This document shows, piece by piece, positions 61,613 to 64,000 of a stretch of 64,000 bases of DNA (within the stretch, counting starts at the first letter, position 1; each line of letters starts with the position of its first letter). The position numbers were made by a program, and so were the translations under genes. The stretch is taken from positions 3,581,943 through 3,645,942 of the forward strand of contig CM082595.2 of NCBI GenBank assembly GCA_040954595.2. The letters run 5' to 3'. The notes beneath the pieces were generated by a model that ran no database searches, was not told the DNA's origin, and worked only from the letters and a program-made list of their open reading frames with translations. Source of the stretch: Balanoglossus misakiensis. Its lineage: Eukaryota; Animalia; Hemichordata.

Positions 61613-64000
61613 GTAAGAACTCACAAACTAACAAATACCCAACTTCATTTCAGCTGCTAACAGGTTTGTAGTGGAAAGAATCACTGCAATCAGCAGGCGT
61701 TTTTGTTTTGTTTTGTTTGTGCTGTTGAATAAAGGTAAGTACGCTTTTACCCCTAACCCGGTCCCTACCCAAAGCAAAGCAAAACTTGGGAGATATTGGC
61801 CGGTTGCTGAACAAGGTAGCTTCGTAATCCTTCCGGATACTAAAATGTCAATCGTGTGGATGTGATTTGCGTGTATTACTGTTAAGGTTGGTTTGGTTTG
61901 TTGATGTTACAAAGACCTGAAGTTTACATTCTGTATGCCTGAGAGATGGAGGTTATTTTCATGTGTTGAAAAACAATTGTTCAAACTACACACACTGTGT
62001 TCCTACATATAGGAAGTACTCAACAAGTTTGTCAACACATTTGAATTTTCAACTCCATTGAACATAAGAGAATAAAGTATACTTTATTCAAAGTCTGTGC
62101 AAGTTGCATAAACAGAAAACAAATGGTCGGTAGCACCTCACCTGTCATCCGCTGGACACCCCTGTGGAATACACAAAGTTTAACCAGTCTTGTGGTCGGT
62201 TGGGACATACCATGTGGAAAGAGGGGTGTTGAGATCAAGAATCCATGTGAAGTGGTGCCGTCATTTTAAGTGGATTCCTCGTGACCAATACCGAAGCCTG
62301 CAGTCGTCGGTGATCACAGTGCAGTCGCAATTGACAGTGCAATCGTGGCGACCAATCGGCATGGATGAGATGACCGCTGTCGCCAGCGCCTTCTCGAAAG
62401 CCCTAAGTGTGGAACCATCTGCAGATGAAATCAAATCCAGCTTTGGATCCCGTTCGTTTACTTGCAGTTCTGATGAATGGGTGATGAGAGGGGACCCCTC
62501 TGTAATGGGTTGTTTGGGACTGGTTTGAAATGATGCGTGGTGGAGACAGCGATGTCTGACAGATACAGCAAGGAACACAAACTCGTAACCCTTTCCCAGA
62601 TAGTGTAGCAAAACACTGAAACAGTAGTCTTTTTGATGTTGAATGCAGTTCATGTACTGCGACATGGCGTGATGAAAGTCTGGTATGTGAGATGGCTGTC
62701 AGACTCTGAAAATGCACTGCTGTCAATGTCCTGTTTGAATAGTAAACCAATGGTTTTGCAAAATCCAGTCAGTGCGGTGTGCTGTGATTTGTGTCAAAAA
62801 TTCACGCGAGTTCAATGTACTCAGTCATTCTAGTCAGTTATGGTAGTGTATGGTGCCCTCTATAGCCAGAGATCAATGATGTTTGAATGAGGCATGAAAA
62901 GTTTTAAAACATTCTCAAACTTGTCCACAATAATTTTTTTAGGAATCTTGGGACAGTAAGAACAGCAGGCATGAAAATCTGGCCAGATTCTTCTTTTAAG
63001 GCTGGGAAAATCTCAGACCAGATGATAGAAAGGTTTACCATTACAATAAACTGAACACTGTGGTAAACCCTGGGATTTTATAAACTTTAAAATAGACAGT
63101 CAATAGCGACAATTGTGATTCGATGTTTAGTAAACAGTACACTCCTTGCTGAGAATGTTCAATATTTGGATACAGAATCAATGGAGTTCCCGCTGTGATT
63201 TTAATGTAAGTTGGGAGGCGTGGAAGGGAAAGTGTTGGTGATTTCAATCTTTCTGTGGTTGTGCGTTGATTGTCCACAAGGGATGGTGTCAATATTTGAG
63301 ATTTGGGAAGTTTTGTCAGGTCGTTCCTCAACTATAGGAGAGGAGTTGAGATTGAAAAGGGTAGTTTATTGTTCTGTTGTGGTGTTTGTTTGCTGTTCAT
63401 GATGTCTTGAAAGATGGAGGTGGCAATGGTAATTTTTCGAATAAAGGCATCTCACTATCTGACAAAAGGGAACAGTTTTTATCAAAGGAAACTTTACCAC
63501 AGTAAAAACAACAACAAGCTAGGGTGTCTGTCTGTTTGTTTGTTTATCTCTACTCCACCGTAAACTGCAGGCAGTCTTCTTTGAAAAAGTTTAAAACATT
63601 GCATTTATAGCATTAGAAATGCTTTTGCTTTGCCATAAATTTTTGAGTAGAAACCGGTAGTCACTGAGTTTTATTTGGCGTATGTCAGATGAGTGTTTAC
63701 GTAGAGTCCGAGTAACCATTTAAAAGTGTAAACAATTTGGATTAGTGGGCATAAACTTTTGTAAACAGTCCCTGTTGAGAAGAGAGATTACGTCCTTGGT
63801 ACATGTTTGTTTTCCCATTTACCAAATTGGCAGAAATAGCTACTAGTTGGTTTCCGTTCTGTGAGTTTTTCCAAGAAGGTGGTCTACCCGACTCCCTCAG
63901 AGAGAGAGTTAAATGTTTGTGTACATGTGATTGATGGGAAGTGATTCTGGTGCTGATAGATCTTAGTGAGGGTGATGTTCCCAGAAAAAAAAAATCGTGT

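Noticed and set aside
62190-62750. Overlapping 112-134 aa ORFs after DVL exon 4
   Set aside because: No Dishevelled-like sequence or clear splice sites; treated as intronic.

Overview
Eukaryotic (animal) genomic DNA, about 38-40% GC by eye, with GT-AG spliceosomal introns. Gene content and exon structure suggest an invertebrate deuterostome such as a hemichordate (inference only). Six protein-coding genes were reconstructed by hand from splice sites and translation: a BTB-BACK-Kelch gene (- strand, runs off the window start), BCAS2/SPF27 (+, 8 coding exons), SIGMAR1 (-, 4 exons), MAD2L2/REV7 (+, 8 exons), a mind bomb 2-like E3 ligase (-, 20 coding exons) and the first four exons of dishevelled (+, with a 22 kb intron, runs off the window end). 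They form three head-to-head pairs. The MIB2/DVL intergenic region holds a 3'-damaged tRNA-Asp(GTC) copy inside a mosaic of direct repeats and MITE ends. Several MITE-like repeats and a (ATTC)30 microsatellite are present. Most of the supplied ORF track is spurious. No clear novel multi-gene system is evident; the best leads are the three-RING MIB2, the captured tRNA and the MIB2/DVL promoter arrangement.
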